A stretch of 63,936 nt of DNA, the filler included, from Globobulimina sp. (lineage: Eukaryota): assembly GCA_003354225.1 (NCBI GenBank). It is 54 parts of 54 records of this genome, joined end to end, with 100 filler letters (N's around TTAATTAATTAA, not from the genome) between each part and the next. Parts side by side here need not be neighbours in the genome. Positions count along the whole stretch, not along the records: positions 35,590 to 36,675 come from PIVH01023924.1; positions 36,776 to 37,861 come from PIVH01023925.1; positions 37,962 to 39,047 come from PIVH01023926.1; positions 39,148 to 40,233 come from PIVH01023927.1; positions 40,334 to 41,419 come from PIVH01023928.1; positions 41,520 to 42,605 come from PIVH01023929.1; positions 42,706 to 43,791 come from PIVH01023930.1; positions 43,892 to 44,976 come from PIVH01023931.1; 46 more parts are not named here. The stretch is one strand, 5' to 3'. The position numbers and the translations under genes were made by a program. The notes under the pieces were generated by a model that saw nothing but the letters and a program-made list of their open reading frames with translations, was not told where the DNA came from and did not search any database. Below are positions 35,590 to 47,557 of this stretch, one piece after another (within the stretch, counting starts at the first letter, position 1; every line of letters starts with the position of its first letter).

Positions 35590-36675
35590 CCTCTCTTTGC
35601 ATCTTTGCCTATCTCTCCTCAAATAATACAATGACTTGCGTAGTTCGTCGTTTTTCCTTTTCTCCTTTGCGAATTCTGTGCGTGATTGTTGTATTTTACT
35701 GGATAAATTCGCATGAATCTGTTGTGATTGCGCATCTTTCAGTTGAAATTCTTCGATAACGTTTGCTTGATGATTATTTGCTTGTAATAATACAGTGGTA
35801 AGATCGCGTGTATGCTGCGACACACGGTACTGTCCATGGCTGTCCATGGCTGTCGCCTTTTGTAATAATTTCATCTGCAGATCTTCATTGACATTATAGA
35901 GAAAGTATGACAATTCTAAACCAATATCATTCTGCTCCATTTCAAATTGTTCTCTGCCATTAAAATTACTACGCACAGATTCCAAATCATCCACAGAATT
36001 GTGAGCTGTGTACACGTGGGGAGAGGATTATTTCAGTTTGAAACTGAATAAATATAAATATAATAATAACACATACGTGTATTGACAATAACCGTGCTTA
36101 AATTCCTACGGCTCCGTGGTATTTCTCCCACTGCGAAATTCCTATTGGTATCACCATCCGAATCATATACAATTAAATCATCATCATCACCGACAAGTTG
36201 CAAATCCTTTTCATCATCATCGCCATTGACATCAACCACATCGGGATTGAATGTCATCTCGCCACAAATCATGTCGTCGTCGTCATTATCATCAGCATCG
36301 GCATGGACATCATCAATATTCTGAGTATTATCCAATTCATTATGGGATTCATCCTGTGCATCGTCATGTTCATTATGGGATTCATCAATATTCATATTAT
36401 GGGCAATATCATCGTCATGGGCATCGTCGTCATGGACAATATCAATATTATGATTATGATTATGATGATTGTCCATTTCATTGTCATTATCACTTTCAAA
36501 TTCTGATAATAAATTTCTACGGCTCCGTTGGCGGCTCTGTGGGCCTCTCACTCTTTTCGCAGTCGACGGGCTGCCGGGCAAATTCATACAATCCCCGCCA
36601 TTCTCATCATTGCAATTTGCAAGTTCTTCATCTATTACTGCCAATTCTGATCGCTTTCTCTTTCTCTTTGCGCGT
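35590..36675 (-). CDS. Acidic/coiled-coil hypothetical protein fragment (two exons)
   Basis: ORFs 36033-36644 and 35590-36015 separable by a short GT-AG intron. Confidence 0.45.
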
Positions 36676-37034
36676 NNNNNNNNNNNNNNNNNNNNNNNNN
36701 NNNNNNNNNNNNNNNNNNNTTAATTAATTAANNNNNNNNNNNNNNNNNNNNNNNNNNNNNNNNNNNNNNNNNNNNTCCACAAATTCACCACTTTTATGTC
36801 TTTGGACGAAAGTACTCTTTCCTACGCCTCCATCACCTATCAAAGCTATTTTGAAGGTTGGAGTGTTCGAATTGTTCATGTTGTTTGGCAAAAACGTTTT
36901 CGTGTTTCGAGTTAAGTAGAACTCTTCAAATCAGGACGTAAGCCCGATTCCACACAGGTTGCTTCGAAATTAATTAATTTAATAAACAACTATTTGCTAA
37001 ACATATATTAATAATTCAACAAATCTGTGTTATG

Positions 37035-37861
37035 TCACAATTCAACAAATCCAAAATTTGCTTTTTTATCTCTTCTATTTGAACAAAAATCTCTTTTTGG
37101 ATAAATCCTACACCCTCTCATACATGGATATGCACTAAAAAACGGTCTCACCTTTGGATACGACACATAATGCTCTTCAATTTCTTTCCAATTCAATTGT
37201 GCATTTTGAATATCATATTTCTCAAAAAACGCATCATATTCTCGCGGAAACGCGCCATAAAACTCAAATTCATCATTATTCACCGATGGATGTTTAAATA
37301 TATATGTCATCATAGTAGGTTCGTCCCGGTGGTTAAACCTCACACAACTCGGATGTCCCTGGCCCATATCCATTGAATGCGTGTCCAATTTCATTAAATT
37401 ACTGACCATCATATCCCGATCATGCAAATAATGCGAATGCCAATATCCGCCATACACGTCCTCATAATTATTCTCCTTCAACGGCCCTACACCCCATCGA
37501 CCCTGGAAACAATGCCGATATTTCACCGGATTTTTATCAATCCATTGACTATAAAAACTCAAATCCGCCTCAAAATCACATGGCTTTAGCTTCATCACCG
37601 TCTCACGAACGCGTAGCACCACCTCACTGAAATCCATGTCAATCAATTTGCCCCTTTGTTCGTGCAACACTAAAAACGCCAATCCGTTGCCAAAATAATT
37701 AACATCCTTCGGAAATCTCTCCGGTATCCACTTACGTGTATTAATCACCATCGTGCATAAAACCGGTCGATTATATTCATACCGCCCATTCAAAACTGCA
37801 TTCAATTTCCAATGCAATGCCAATAACACATCATTGCCAGAAATACGTCCAATTTCCTTCA
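37035..37861 (-). CDS. BAHD/transferase-family (CoA-dependent acyltransferase) C-terminal half
   Basis: ISGNDVLLALHW, VINTRKWI..NYFGNGL, MMVSNL..SMDMGQG (DFGWG-equivalent). Confidence 0.75.
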
Positions 37862-37961
37862 NNNNNNNNNNNNNNNNNNNNNNNNNNNNNNNNNNNNNNN
37901 NNNNNTTAATTAATTAANNNNNNNNNNNNNNNNNNNNNNNNNNNNNNNNNNNNNNNNNNNN

Positions 37962-38555
37962 ATTATTATTATTTGCATTCAATTTCAACAAATTCCTTTT
38001 ATCGAATAACAACTTATGAATAAATTTTATAATTTCGGTCCTCAATAAATTATTCTCAAACAATTGCTGACATTTATTCCGATTCTGAATGAAATAATTT
38101 GTAATATCTTGCTTTAATAATAACTGATTATTGTCATAGAACTCAGACAATAACGGTTTCAATACATTTTCATTGAAGTTAATATTCAAGTTTTTATCGT
38201 TTTTATTGACGGGTTTTGGCGGATTATTAATAATATTCGCCACCAATGCTTCGACATAATTTATTATAACTTGTTTATGTTTCTGTTTTTCTTTCTGTTC
38301 TTCTCTTTGTTTTGCTGCGCGTGGTATGTATTTACTGCGTTGCAGATCTTCGTCATTGTAAAACCCTGCTTTTTTATATCGATCTGGTCTGCGACTTCCA
38401 TCTTTTCGCAATGTACCATGTATTAAAATGCGTCCATACGATAGCAGCTCTTCATTATCTGCCAGTTTTAATTGTTGTTTAGCTTTGGATTTGGTGGATA
38501 TTGTTGGTGGATTGTGCTGGTTTTGGTTTCTGCGATGTGGCGGTTGATATGACAT
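37962..38555 (-). CDS. Hypothetical protein, 5' fragment
   Basis: MSYQPPHRR start; IHGTLRKDGSRRPDRYKKAGF resembles the PYM/WIBG-type R.DG..R....V..G motif. Confidence 0.45.
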
Positions 38556-38625
38556 TTAGATGTTTAGTTTAGTCAACCTTAAGTTTTTACTTTATTAATA
38601 TTAACATTTTTTTGACACACAAAGC

Positions 38626-38975
38626 ATGTCACAAACCAATAATATCGAGAATGCTTTAAATGCTGCGGATCAGGTACTGGAACAATATGAAAATATGGTG
38701 AATGAATACCAACAAACCACTGACAATTTGAATCAAATCATTGGTCAAAATAACGACAATAACCACAGCAATGCAGATGATGAAAACGAGCAATATCCCG
38801 CACCTCAACCCAGACCGCAATGCAATATCGATGAAAAACAACAAGAACAAGAACAGCAACAGCAAGCAAACGCAGATGAAGATGTTGGTGGCTTTGCGTC
38901 TGCCAAACATTATTGTGGCCACATTGGCTCTGCATTAGTAATACCCCAAAATACCAATAAATTCCCGAAATTGAG
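38626..38975 (+). CDS. Hypothetical protein first exon, possibly leading into a zf-UBP-like domain
   Basis: Gln/Asn-rich then GGFASAKHYCGHI; divergent from previous gene. Confidence 0.35.
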
Positions 38976-39477
38976 TTAACTCACAATCTACATATTCAAT
39001 ACACAGTTTTTTGCGTTGTTGTTTGTGGCAAATAATTAAAACAGATGNNNNNNNNNNNNNNNNNNNNNNNNNNNNNNNNNNNNNNNNNNNNTTAATTAAT
39101 TAANNNNNNNNNNNNNNNNNNNNNNNNNNNNNNNNNNNNNNNNNNNNATCACAGTTTATCATCAGAGCATGCTAGAAAGCTGGTAAGGGTCTTATTTTAA
39201 ACAGATTGATCAGGACTATCACAAAACTACCAAATATCGGCATTCCAACTACTATTGTTGCTTCTACAGCACTAAATTGTCGCAATGTTTAAAATTTTGA
39301 ATAAAACATGGTTCACATATTGGCACATTTGGGCCACTAGATCATCAGAACGGGCGGATTTTCTTTGGCAAATCGATAGCCCTCACATTTCTGAACATAA
39401 GTAACATAGTAGCGATATCGATTTAGGGGGGGCCATGGGGGGTGTTTTGACCGCCGATGAAAATTTTCGGGGTGGGT

Positions 39478-39720
39478 CAAAAAAATATTTTCGACTTTAT
39501 TCCTGAAAATAATATCGTTTGTACAGTTTTTTATGCTGATTTCAAAAATGTATACCATTTTCCTCATATCTGAATAGCTGACTCACTACGGTTGCTCAAA
39601 TCCAGCCAGGTTCGTGACCACAAAAAAATTTTTTTTCGACTTTAGTCATGAAAATTAAGTGTTTTGCTCAGTTTTTCATGCTGATTTCAAAAATACATAC
39701 CATTTTCTCTATATCTCATG
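39478..39720 (+). repeat. Diverged ~90-bp direct repeat pair (transposon-derived-like)
   Basis: TTTTCGACTTTA.TC.TGAAAAT...TTTT.ATGCTGATTTCAAAAAT..ATACCATTTTC..ATATCT at ~39480-39570 and ~39625-39720. Confidence 0.75.
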
Positions 39721-39957
39721 TACCGACACACTACATCCTCTCAAAGTCAACAAAAGTCGTATTTCAAAATTAACAAAGACCCGTAGTTCTTGTAGAGCAA
39801 AACTATCAGAAAACGCTCCAAACTGCTCAATATCATTGCATTGTTAGGCAACATTTCATTGCGCATCGAATGATGCATACGCCAGGTATTCAAGACGCTC
39901 CATTGCCGAGATATTGGGTCTCGAAACGAAAATGACCAAAAATTTGGCATTCTGCCA

Positions 39958-40233
39958 AATAAATAAATTTTATGATAAAAAGTACTTTCCTGGGGTAATT
40001 TTTAGCGTAGAATGCATTTTTGACACTCCCTAAGCCCGTCTGCATCAGCATAAGGTATAAACGAAGGGTCAAACACAATTCGATCTTCTGCGATGGCAGG
40101 GTCCATACCGACATGTATCTTACTCCTCATTTATGCTTTATGCTGATGCAGACGTGCTTTTGAAGTGTCAAAAATGCATTCTACGCTAAAAATTACCCCA
40201 GGAAAGTACTTTTTATCATAAAATTTATTTATT
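39958..40233. repeat. Long inverted repeat (fold-back/MITE-like)
   Basis: 70-bp perfect arms 39958-40027 / 40164-40233, extended inward by ~38 bp imperfect arms around a ~60-bp loop. Confidence 0.9.
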
Positions 40234-40610
40234 NNNNNNNNNNNNNNNNNNNNNNNNNNNNNNNNNNNNNNNNNNNNTTAATTAATTAANNNNNNNNNNN
40301 NNNNNNNNNNNNNNNNNNNNNNNNNNNNNNNNNCCAAAAAAAATGACCATACAGTGATTTTGCCATAATTTATAATGTTCATATTTATGGTTTCGCACTT
40401 TTTGATTAGTTTCATGGGAAAAATCTATCACAAAACAAAACAACACAAAACAGATAATATATTGATGACTCGATGACATTAAAATACGAACGAGATCGAC
40501 ATGCAACGATCAATGACATTAACTCAAAGTCCAAAGCTTTTTTAAGCTTCTCATCAAAAACAATGGATGCTGTCGGAGCGAAGCGACTCATCCATTGATA
40601 TAATGGCATT

Positions 40611-41050
40611 TATTAGTGTATTTATGGCGGCGACGAAGTCGCCTTATCGACTGATATAGAATTTATTATGGTAACCTATGGATATTATGGTATCTATGGC
40701 GGCGACGAAGTCGCCTTATCGGTTTCGCGAAACTGAATTTATTGTGGTATCTATGGCGGCGACGCAGTCGCCTTATCGATCGGTATATAATTTATTATGG
40801 TATAGAATTTATTGGTATATATGGCGGCGACGAAGTCGCCTCATTGATTGGTATATCGTATTTATTATGGTATCGATGCCAGCGACGTAGTCGCCTCATC
40901 GGTCGATATAGACTTATTATTGGCATCAGATTTTATTATGGTATCTATGGGCGGCGACGAAGTCGCCTCAACGGCTGATATTATTAATAAGACTTATTTT
41001 ATGGTATCTATTGGCGGCGACGAAGTCGCCCATCGGTCGAAACCGATTTA
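40611..41050 (+). repeat. Array of 7 hairpin-core repeats, consensus TTTATTATGGTATCTATGGCGGCGACGAAGTCGCCTYATCG, with variable linkers
   Basis: Cores start at 40629, 40701, 40758, 40826, 40881, 40953, 41016 (periods 72, 57, 68, 55, 72, 63). Confidence 0.92.
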
Positions 41051-41546
41051 TTTATTGTGATGATGGCTCATTGGAGCATCTTATTAAATAAGATTTGGGT
41101 TCAAATCCCAATCATCACATTTTCTGTTTTTTATTTTGTGATGCAGCCAATGTGTGTTTTATTATGTACAAGTTGTGTTTTTCGTTTCTATTTTACTACC
41201 TCTAGGGCTTTTGTAAGCTCACGTTCGTTAAAAATAAAACAGTTTTACTGGCGTTTTTTTTGGTAAAATTTAATATTAATTTTAATTAATTTTAATGGAT
41301 ATTATATTTTGGAATTGTTAATTTTAAGCACCTTTTGCCCCTCATTATGCGTCCAAGGACATAGTGGTTGGTATCACGGCCGACAGCAATGCCTAATTCA
41401 TTTAATTGGTGAGCCATTCNNNNNNNNNNNNNNNNNNNNNNNNNNNNNNNNNNNNNNNNNNNNTTAATTAATTAANNNNNNNNNNNNNNNNNNNNNNNNN
41501 NNNNNNNNNNNNNNNNNNNAAACTCAAATAAATCTTTTTTCACTAG

Positions 41547-42605
41547 ATGAGAACATGGCAGCTAGCACAACAACACAACCCAATATCGCCACACGGCAAC
41601 AACTTATCGAAGCTGAAAGGAGCACTCGGTGTGTCATTGTTTGCCATATACTGTTCAATGGACCAAACAATCGACGTCCAAAAAACCAGGAAACTCGCTC
41701 AACAAAAAAGAAATGAACGAAAAGATGCATTTTTATCAGCACAAAAACAATTATTAAAAACAACCGAATATATTCAACAATTAGACAAAGTTAATACATT
41801 CCAACATATCCTTATAAATATTTACATATTGAACCCATACTATTTTAGTTATCGCATACATTGACAGAAGACATCGACGATACATATAATTTATTAAACA
41901 ATGCCACAATCACAAATATGACACATCATTTCTCGGAAGACATCAATAAATTCAATAAAAAGAATGCAAATCACGACTATAATGGATATATAATCGACCC
42001 CTTAATACAGTCATTTGATTCGATTAATTCAGGAAACAGCTTTTGTAATGACACCTATTTAATGAATCACATTGACGTTCCATTCTTATCCCCAATCATA
42101 GACATACCGCTATTTATGAACAAAATACAATCTTGTCTTTATTCATCGCGTATATACATAAACAATACGGATATGGATCAGTTTGAAGAAGAGTATAAAC
42201 AGAAAACTTGCATATCTGTGGATGAATACTATTCATATTTGAGTGACAGAGAGCTACTCATTCAGAAATTGCTACATTTTATGCGAATTTATCCCAACAA
42301 AAACGATAAAAATCAGCAAACAATACATGAATACTACGAGAATATATTACCGTTTTGTTTGTATTGTTTGGTGATTATTTTATATCAAACCTCCATTCAT
42401 ATCAATGACATTAACAACGATGCGTTGTATAAATTATTCAGTGATTTTGTCATGAAATGCAAACAAGAAATCGAAGCAAATATTATTAAATCATTACAAT
42501 TCATGTCAGATAATCCATTTTTATTAATTCAATGCCTAAACAAATATATCAATTTATTCAACACCACCAATCCAATACAATTAAAATGGACAAATATGTT
42601 CAAAA
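41547..42605 (+). CDS. Hypothetical protein, two exons, N-terminal Cys motif and coiled coil
   Basis: RCVIVCHI.. region, coiled-coil exon, then 41861-42605 frame. Confidence 0.4.
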
Positions 42606-42718
42606 NNNNNNNNNNNNNNNNNNNNNNNNNNNNNNNNNNNNNNNNNNNNTTAATTAATTAANNNNNNNNNNNNNNNNNNNNNNNNNNNNNNNNNNNNNNN
42701 NNNNNAGGCACAGACTCA

Positions 42719-43791
42719 TTGCTTAAAGGTTTAGACCGCTATAAATCGACAAATACAGCGAGCTGTGATGATATGAACGACATTTTAAATCAAAGTAAAA
42801 GCTCGTTGAGCACTTTAGATACAAATCGCATTTTCGACGAAGTCAAAAGCAGCGGAAACGAGTTAAACACGGAAAGCGAGGCAGGGAGTACACATAAAAT
42901 GTTCCGTTTGCAAGAAATATTCCAAGCAAATAGAAAAAAGAGAGCGTGGAAGAAGGGGCAAAGGAATCCCTATTTACGACGCAAAACAAAGAGAATTAGA
43001 GCACAAAATAAGACAAAATCGAAGCGAAAGTGTGCGAAAATCCGGCAAAAATGTAAGATTATTTTGGAGGAAGAGGCGCTAAAAATAGCTCCGAAACAGA
43101 AACTACCCGAAATGGACAGTAATATTGTATTACATCCGGGTTTCGAGCAATTAGTTGCAAGGAGTCGCAATTTCGTAGTAAATCCGCGGTATTTTGATTT
43201 TAATAATATATTTATCGGACTTTTCAATCTGAAAAACAGTCTTCGGAGTTGGTATAATAATATTTACAACAAAGATAAGTTTGGGAAAAAGGAGGAGAAA
43301 AAAGAGGAGAAAAAGGAGGAGAAAAAGGAGGAGTACGACGACGAAAAGTGGAGCGATTGGAAGCCGTATCTGATAAATAAAAAAGAGAGACGGTATCTTT
43401 GTAAATCATCAAATAATATCAATTTAGAAGCATTTATTAAGCATTTTGAGTTAGCGCTGTATGAGCAATGCCAACATAAACAATTATCGTTAAATTACAA
43501 ATTAAATTTGACAGACATTGAAGAGGAGGCGTATATGGATTGTGTTGAGGAGGGATCAAAAAAAAAGGACCCGGAGAGGAGGGTTACAGTCAAAGAAGAT
43601 AAGGGATCATTATATATGATAACGACGGCAGGTCCGTTGAATAAAATGGTGCTTAAAACATTGATAAAATTAGGCTTTGAGGAGTTAGATAATTACGATT
43701 GGAATCACGAAATAGATATTTTGACGAAATTGCTGTCAAAATGGGTAGACGAAGGAGAGATAAAAGAAGCATGGTTTAAGGCGTTGCAACC
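42719..43791 (+). mobile_element. Penelope-like retroelement ORF, region N-terminal to the RT domain
   Basis: RNFVVNP..LKNSLR..LEAFIKHFE..NLTDIEEEA..VTVKEDKGSLYMI matches the PLE pattern (L.F.P ... NL...E..AL ... I...DKG...V); intronless. Confidence 0.65.
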
Positions 43792-43920
43792 NNNNNNNNN
43801 NNNNNNNNNNNNNNNNNNNNNNNNNNNNNNNNNNNTTAATTAATTAANNNNNNNNNNNNNNNNNNNNNNNNNNNNNNNNNNNNNNNNNNNNAAAGTGAGT
43901 TAATAATATTTGAGAAAGAT

Positions 43921-44313
43921 ATGCCAAATAAGATGATATTGACACCATTCTTATTTTCATTAATTAATATCTCGAAAATACAATTTATGGAGGAATATAT
44001 TTGGTGTTTAGATGATGAGCAATTTAAAGCATTGACAGTTGGACCAAAGGATAAATATATTGTATCACAACAAGAATTTTCTTATCAGATTGGAGCCACA
44101 AAAACAGTTAGATTTACAATTGGAATATGTAGAAGTTCAGCAGATAAATATACAGGATTCCAATTAAAAATTAAAAGTGTACCTTCCGCATCAGTTTCTG
44201 GACATTTTTGTATTGCTGTTGATGATGTAAATCATTTAGATAATAATAGGACATTTTATCGTTTACCGCTGGTAAATCAAAAAATATCTATTGTTTTGAG
44301 CAGATGTTATTGA
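43921..44313 (+). CDS. MATH/TRAF-like beta-sandwich fragment, possibly frameshifted near its end
   Basis: YIWCLDDEQF..FTIGICR..TGFQLKIKSVP..VSGHFCI. Confidence 0.35.
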   Translation: MPNKMILTPFLFSLINISKIQFMEEYIWCLDDEQFKALTVGPKDKYIVSQQEFSYQIGATKTVRFTIGICRSSADKYTGFQLKIKSVPSASVSGHFCIAVDDVNHLDNNRTFYRLPLVNQKISIVLSRCY

Positions 44314-45076
44314 ATTGTATAAGTTCATTGACTTTGAGAGTTGCAATACATTTTAATTCATAATTGATCCATTTACTGTCTATCAATCATATAAATAACT
44401 TTGTTTTGTTTTGTTTTGTTTTGCTTTGCTTTGAGCTTTTACTTAAATACAAGAGTTACGTATTAAACAGATGGTGTTTTTAAATGGAAAAATATCAAAT
44501 ATCATTACGATTTATTTATATAATTATTTTTGAAAGGAGGACTGGATTACCGCGTTGGTTTGAGATCTCTGAATAAGCATTTTTCACTGCATTTTTGCTT
44601 TATCGATATCGTAAAAATCTATATTCTAAGGGAAAAAACTGATTTTTTAAGTTACGATAAAGCAAAAATGCTTTATGACATCTAAACATTTCCAATACTT
44701 AACAACTTGATTATTAATTGCAAACAATCAAATGAAATAAAAATATTGGTGTATCATCAATTTTGATAATAAGGAAATTATGGAATTTCCTTCTGCCAAT
44801 TGCATCATATGAATTACCTCATACAATTACCTTTCAGAATTTCCTATATTTATTGTTTTATTAACTTACATATTCGCTATTTACGTACATATTATTTAAT
44901 ATTTTTCGATCGGTATACTTTAAAAAAATAAAATTTCTTCAGCTTATACTAGAAATGTTGGATGCGGAGCGTTAAANNNNNNNNNNNNNNNNNNNNNNNN
45001 NNNNNNNNNNNNNNNNNNNNTTAATTAATTAANNNNNNNNNNNNNNNNNNNNNNNNNNNNNNNNNNNNNNNNNNNN

Positions 45077-46161
45077 CAGCAAATATTTAAATGGGCCGCA
45101 GTTGAATTTGACCTCAAACGTAAAAGAAACGCAGACGAATACGATCAAGCTGTTTGCGTATGTTATCTGTAAAAAAACTGTACATGTTTTTTTTTGTTGT
45201 TTTCCCGATTATAAAAACTGTTTTTATATCACATAAATGTTGAGATTACCCGCCCAAACGGCCAATTAATCACTGCGGAATGGGGCCCATTGGGCAACAA
45301 ACGAAGATATTTAGGTTCCATGTACAAAATGCATGATAAATACGCAAATATTGGCACACAATATCTTGAAAACAGGCAATGTGGCTATATTGCACAGGTC
45401 GAAGCAGATAAGTTATATGGATTTATACTAATATTCAACGATAACGCTGCATTGCTGCACGTCCATGTTGACCAATGTCATATGTATGGAACTCGGAAAT
45501 TGCGCAGATTCCAATTGGTTGAATTTATTATTTCAAGCAATCAAGAAACTGGACGCAAAATGGCGACACATGTAACTGGTCCAAATCTAGAAATATTGCG
45601 ATATCAATCTGAAAATCATTTCGTTTCTGGCGCTGCATTGTTAAAAAAATTAGATTCCAAGCTCCGACATCAAGGAATTATCACAAAAACGCCACAAAAT
45701 ATGGACCAGCCTTATATGATAAAGCCGAATGAATATGGCTGTCGTCCGGTGATTGGATATCATGGCTGTGTGGTATCATTGGGCTCACATTATTTGCGCC
45801 GTGGCGACGCCGTCGAGTTTGGGATTAATGATAATCTGTCCACGCATAATGAGACATTGCAGCGTGCGTTTGATATAACATCGTGTGGTGGACATCCATT
45901 GTTGTTACAGGACGGTGAATATGGCAAATATTTGCAAAGTAAAATAGATCTAACTCAAAAGCAACACTTATTGCCGGAATATGGCAGTAATGAGGAGAGC
46001 ATGTACGATGTACACGGATATATTACACATTATGACGAAAGCGATGGATACGGATTTATAGAGATTATTGTCGATGGATGTCACCGATATCGGCGGATAG
46101 TGTTTGATTTGAAAGATGTTGTGTTTAGGGATAAGGAGATGAGAGATGGCAAATATAAGCC
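45077..46161 (+). CDS. Multi cold-shock-domain (OB-fold) RNA-binding protein fragment
   Basis: Repeated CSD units: GYIAQVEADKLYGFI..HVHV..LVEFII..ATHVTGP; LRRGDAVEFGI..AFDIT; GYITHYDESDGYGFI; upstream exon AVEFDL..QAVC. Confidence 0.75.
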
Positions 46162-46412
46162 NNNNNNNNNNNNNNNNNNNNNNNNNNNNNNNNNNNNNNN
46201 NNNNNTTAATTAATTAANNNNNNNNNNNNNNNNNNNNNNNNNNNNNNNNNNNNNNNNNNNNTTCATTTTCTTTTTTTTTCAAGAGAGTACTGCAAACTAC
46301 ACTAAGTTGTATCATTAAATTAAATTCTTATCTTCATACAAAATAAATAAGATCAAACAGAACGATTAAGATAACGTTTGTTAACATTCACTCTGAAAAT
46401 CAAACAAACATA

Positions 46413-47346
46413 ATGAGTTGCAAGTATTTACTGCGGACAGCAAAGCAACATTTGTCTGTAATCACTCACAAACAATTATACCGATCGTTTTGTGCGTCCA
46501 CAATCACCCAAAATGATAATTACGTTGTTCCGACATACGACCAAATTGAAGAATATACACAAACTATCGCAGCGGCATTACATTCGTGGCCATTACAACT
46601 CCGTGAATATTTTCTATCGACATTACACAAAGCACAAGCAAATCCGAAACGGAATAAAAATTATGATCATTTATTAAATAAAATCCCTAACGATTACTTG
46701 CAACATTTAGATACTTCTAAATTGAAACAGTGGCTGCCATTTGTTTTTGTCACTGATATTATTCAACTTATGGATGAAATTCAAGAATCGTCAATTCTGA
46801 CATTAATTAATGATGGTACACGAATGAGCAGTTATGATGGCACTAATCCTCAACACTTAGAAATATTAAGTCGTATAAAAACGCAAAGTTCTGATAAAAT
46901 GGTCTGAAATTTTATGAAATTTCTACGTTTTCATTGTGTTTCTATAAATTAAAAATAAAAAAAACAGATTTGGGTTCAAGACATTCCATTGAATACAACT
47001 GATGTCAAACTAGCACAAACTTTCAGTAAATTCGGCCAGGTATCGGCAATTATAATGGATAGATATCAAAGTGTGAGACAACAAAATTGGATCAAACACA
47101 AACAAAATGAATTAAAAGCCAATCAAAAAGATGAATTAATTAAAACAATAGAAAAATTAAGAAACGATATGAATAGAAACATGATCAACGATTATCAAGT
47201 TAAGTTTTTTTTTCTTGGTCAATCTTATAATCATACTTTTTGAACTATGTTTTGTTGGTTTTTAGCAACAATATTTATGCATTCAATTAGATATTGATAC
47301 CAATTACGGCATATTACGATTGATTATGGCACATTTACAATTTCAA
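46413..47346 (+). CDS. RRM-containing protein with probable mitochondrial targeting peptide; multi-exon fragment
   Basis: MSCKYLLRTAKQHL..YRSFCAST presequence-like; spliced IWVQDIPLNTTDVKLAQTFSKFGQV (RNP2). Confidence 0.65.
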
Positions 47347-47557
47347 NNNNNNNNNNNNNNNNNNNNNNNNNNNNNNNNNNNNNNNNNNNNTTAATTAATT
47401 AANNNNNNNNNNNNNNNNNNNNNNNNNNNNNNNNNNNNNNNNNNNNTTCTTGGCATGCATTGGTAGTGGTTGGTCGTGGAAGCATTTAATAATACTACTC
47501 TATCATTACTCTGACTAGTCAAAATATAGAAAAACCTCAATCCTTAATCTATTTAAC

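Noticed and set aside
36082-36727. His-rich and other plus-strand ORFs
   Set aside because: Antisense shadows of the Asp-rich minus-strand gene
40611-41050. Calling the hairpin array a bona fide CRISPR
   Set aside because: Repeats are degenerate, linkers share sequence with each other and vary 15-35 nt, no leader or cas gene visible; kept as a non-CRISPR finding
40678-41060. Short ORFs with repeated MVSMAATKSP / YLWRRRSRL / YGGDEVA peptides
   Set aside because: By-products of the DNA repeat; unit lengths are not consistently multiples of three
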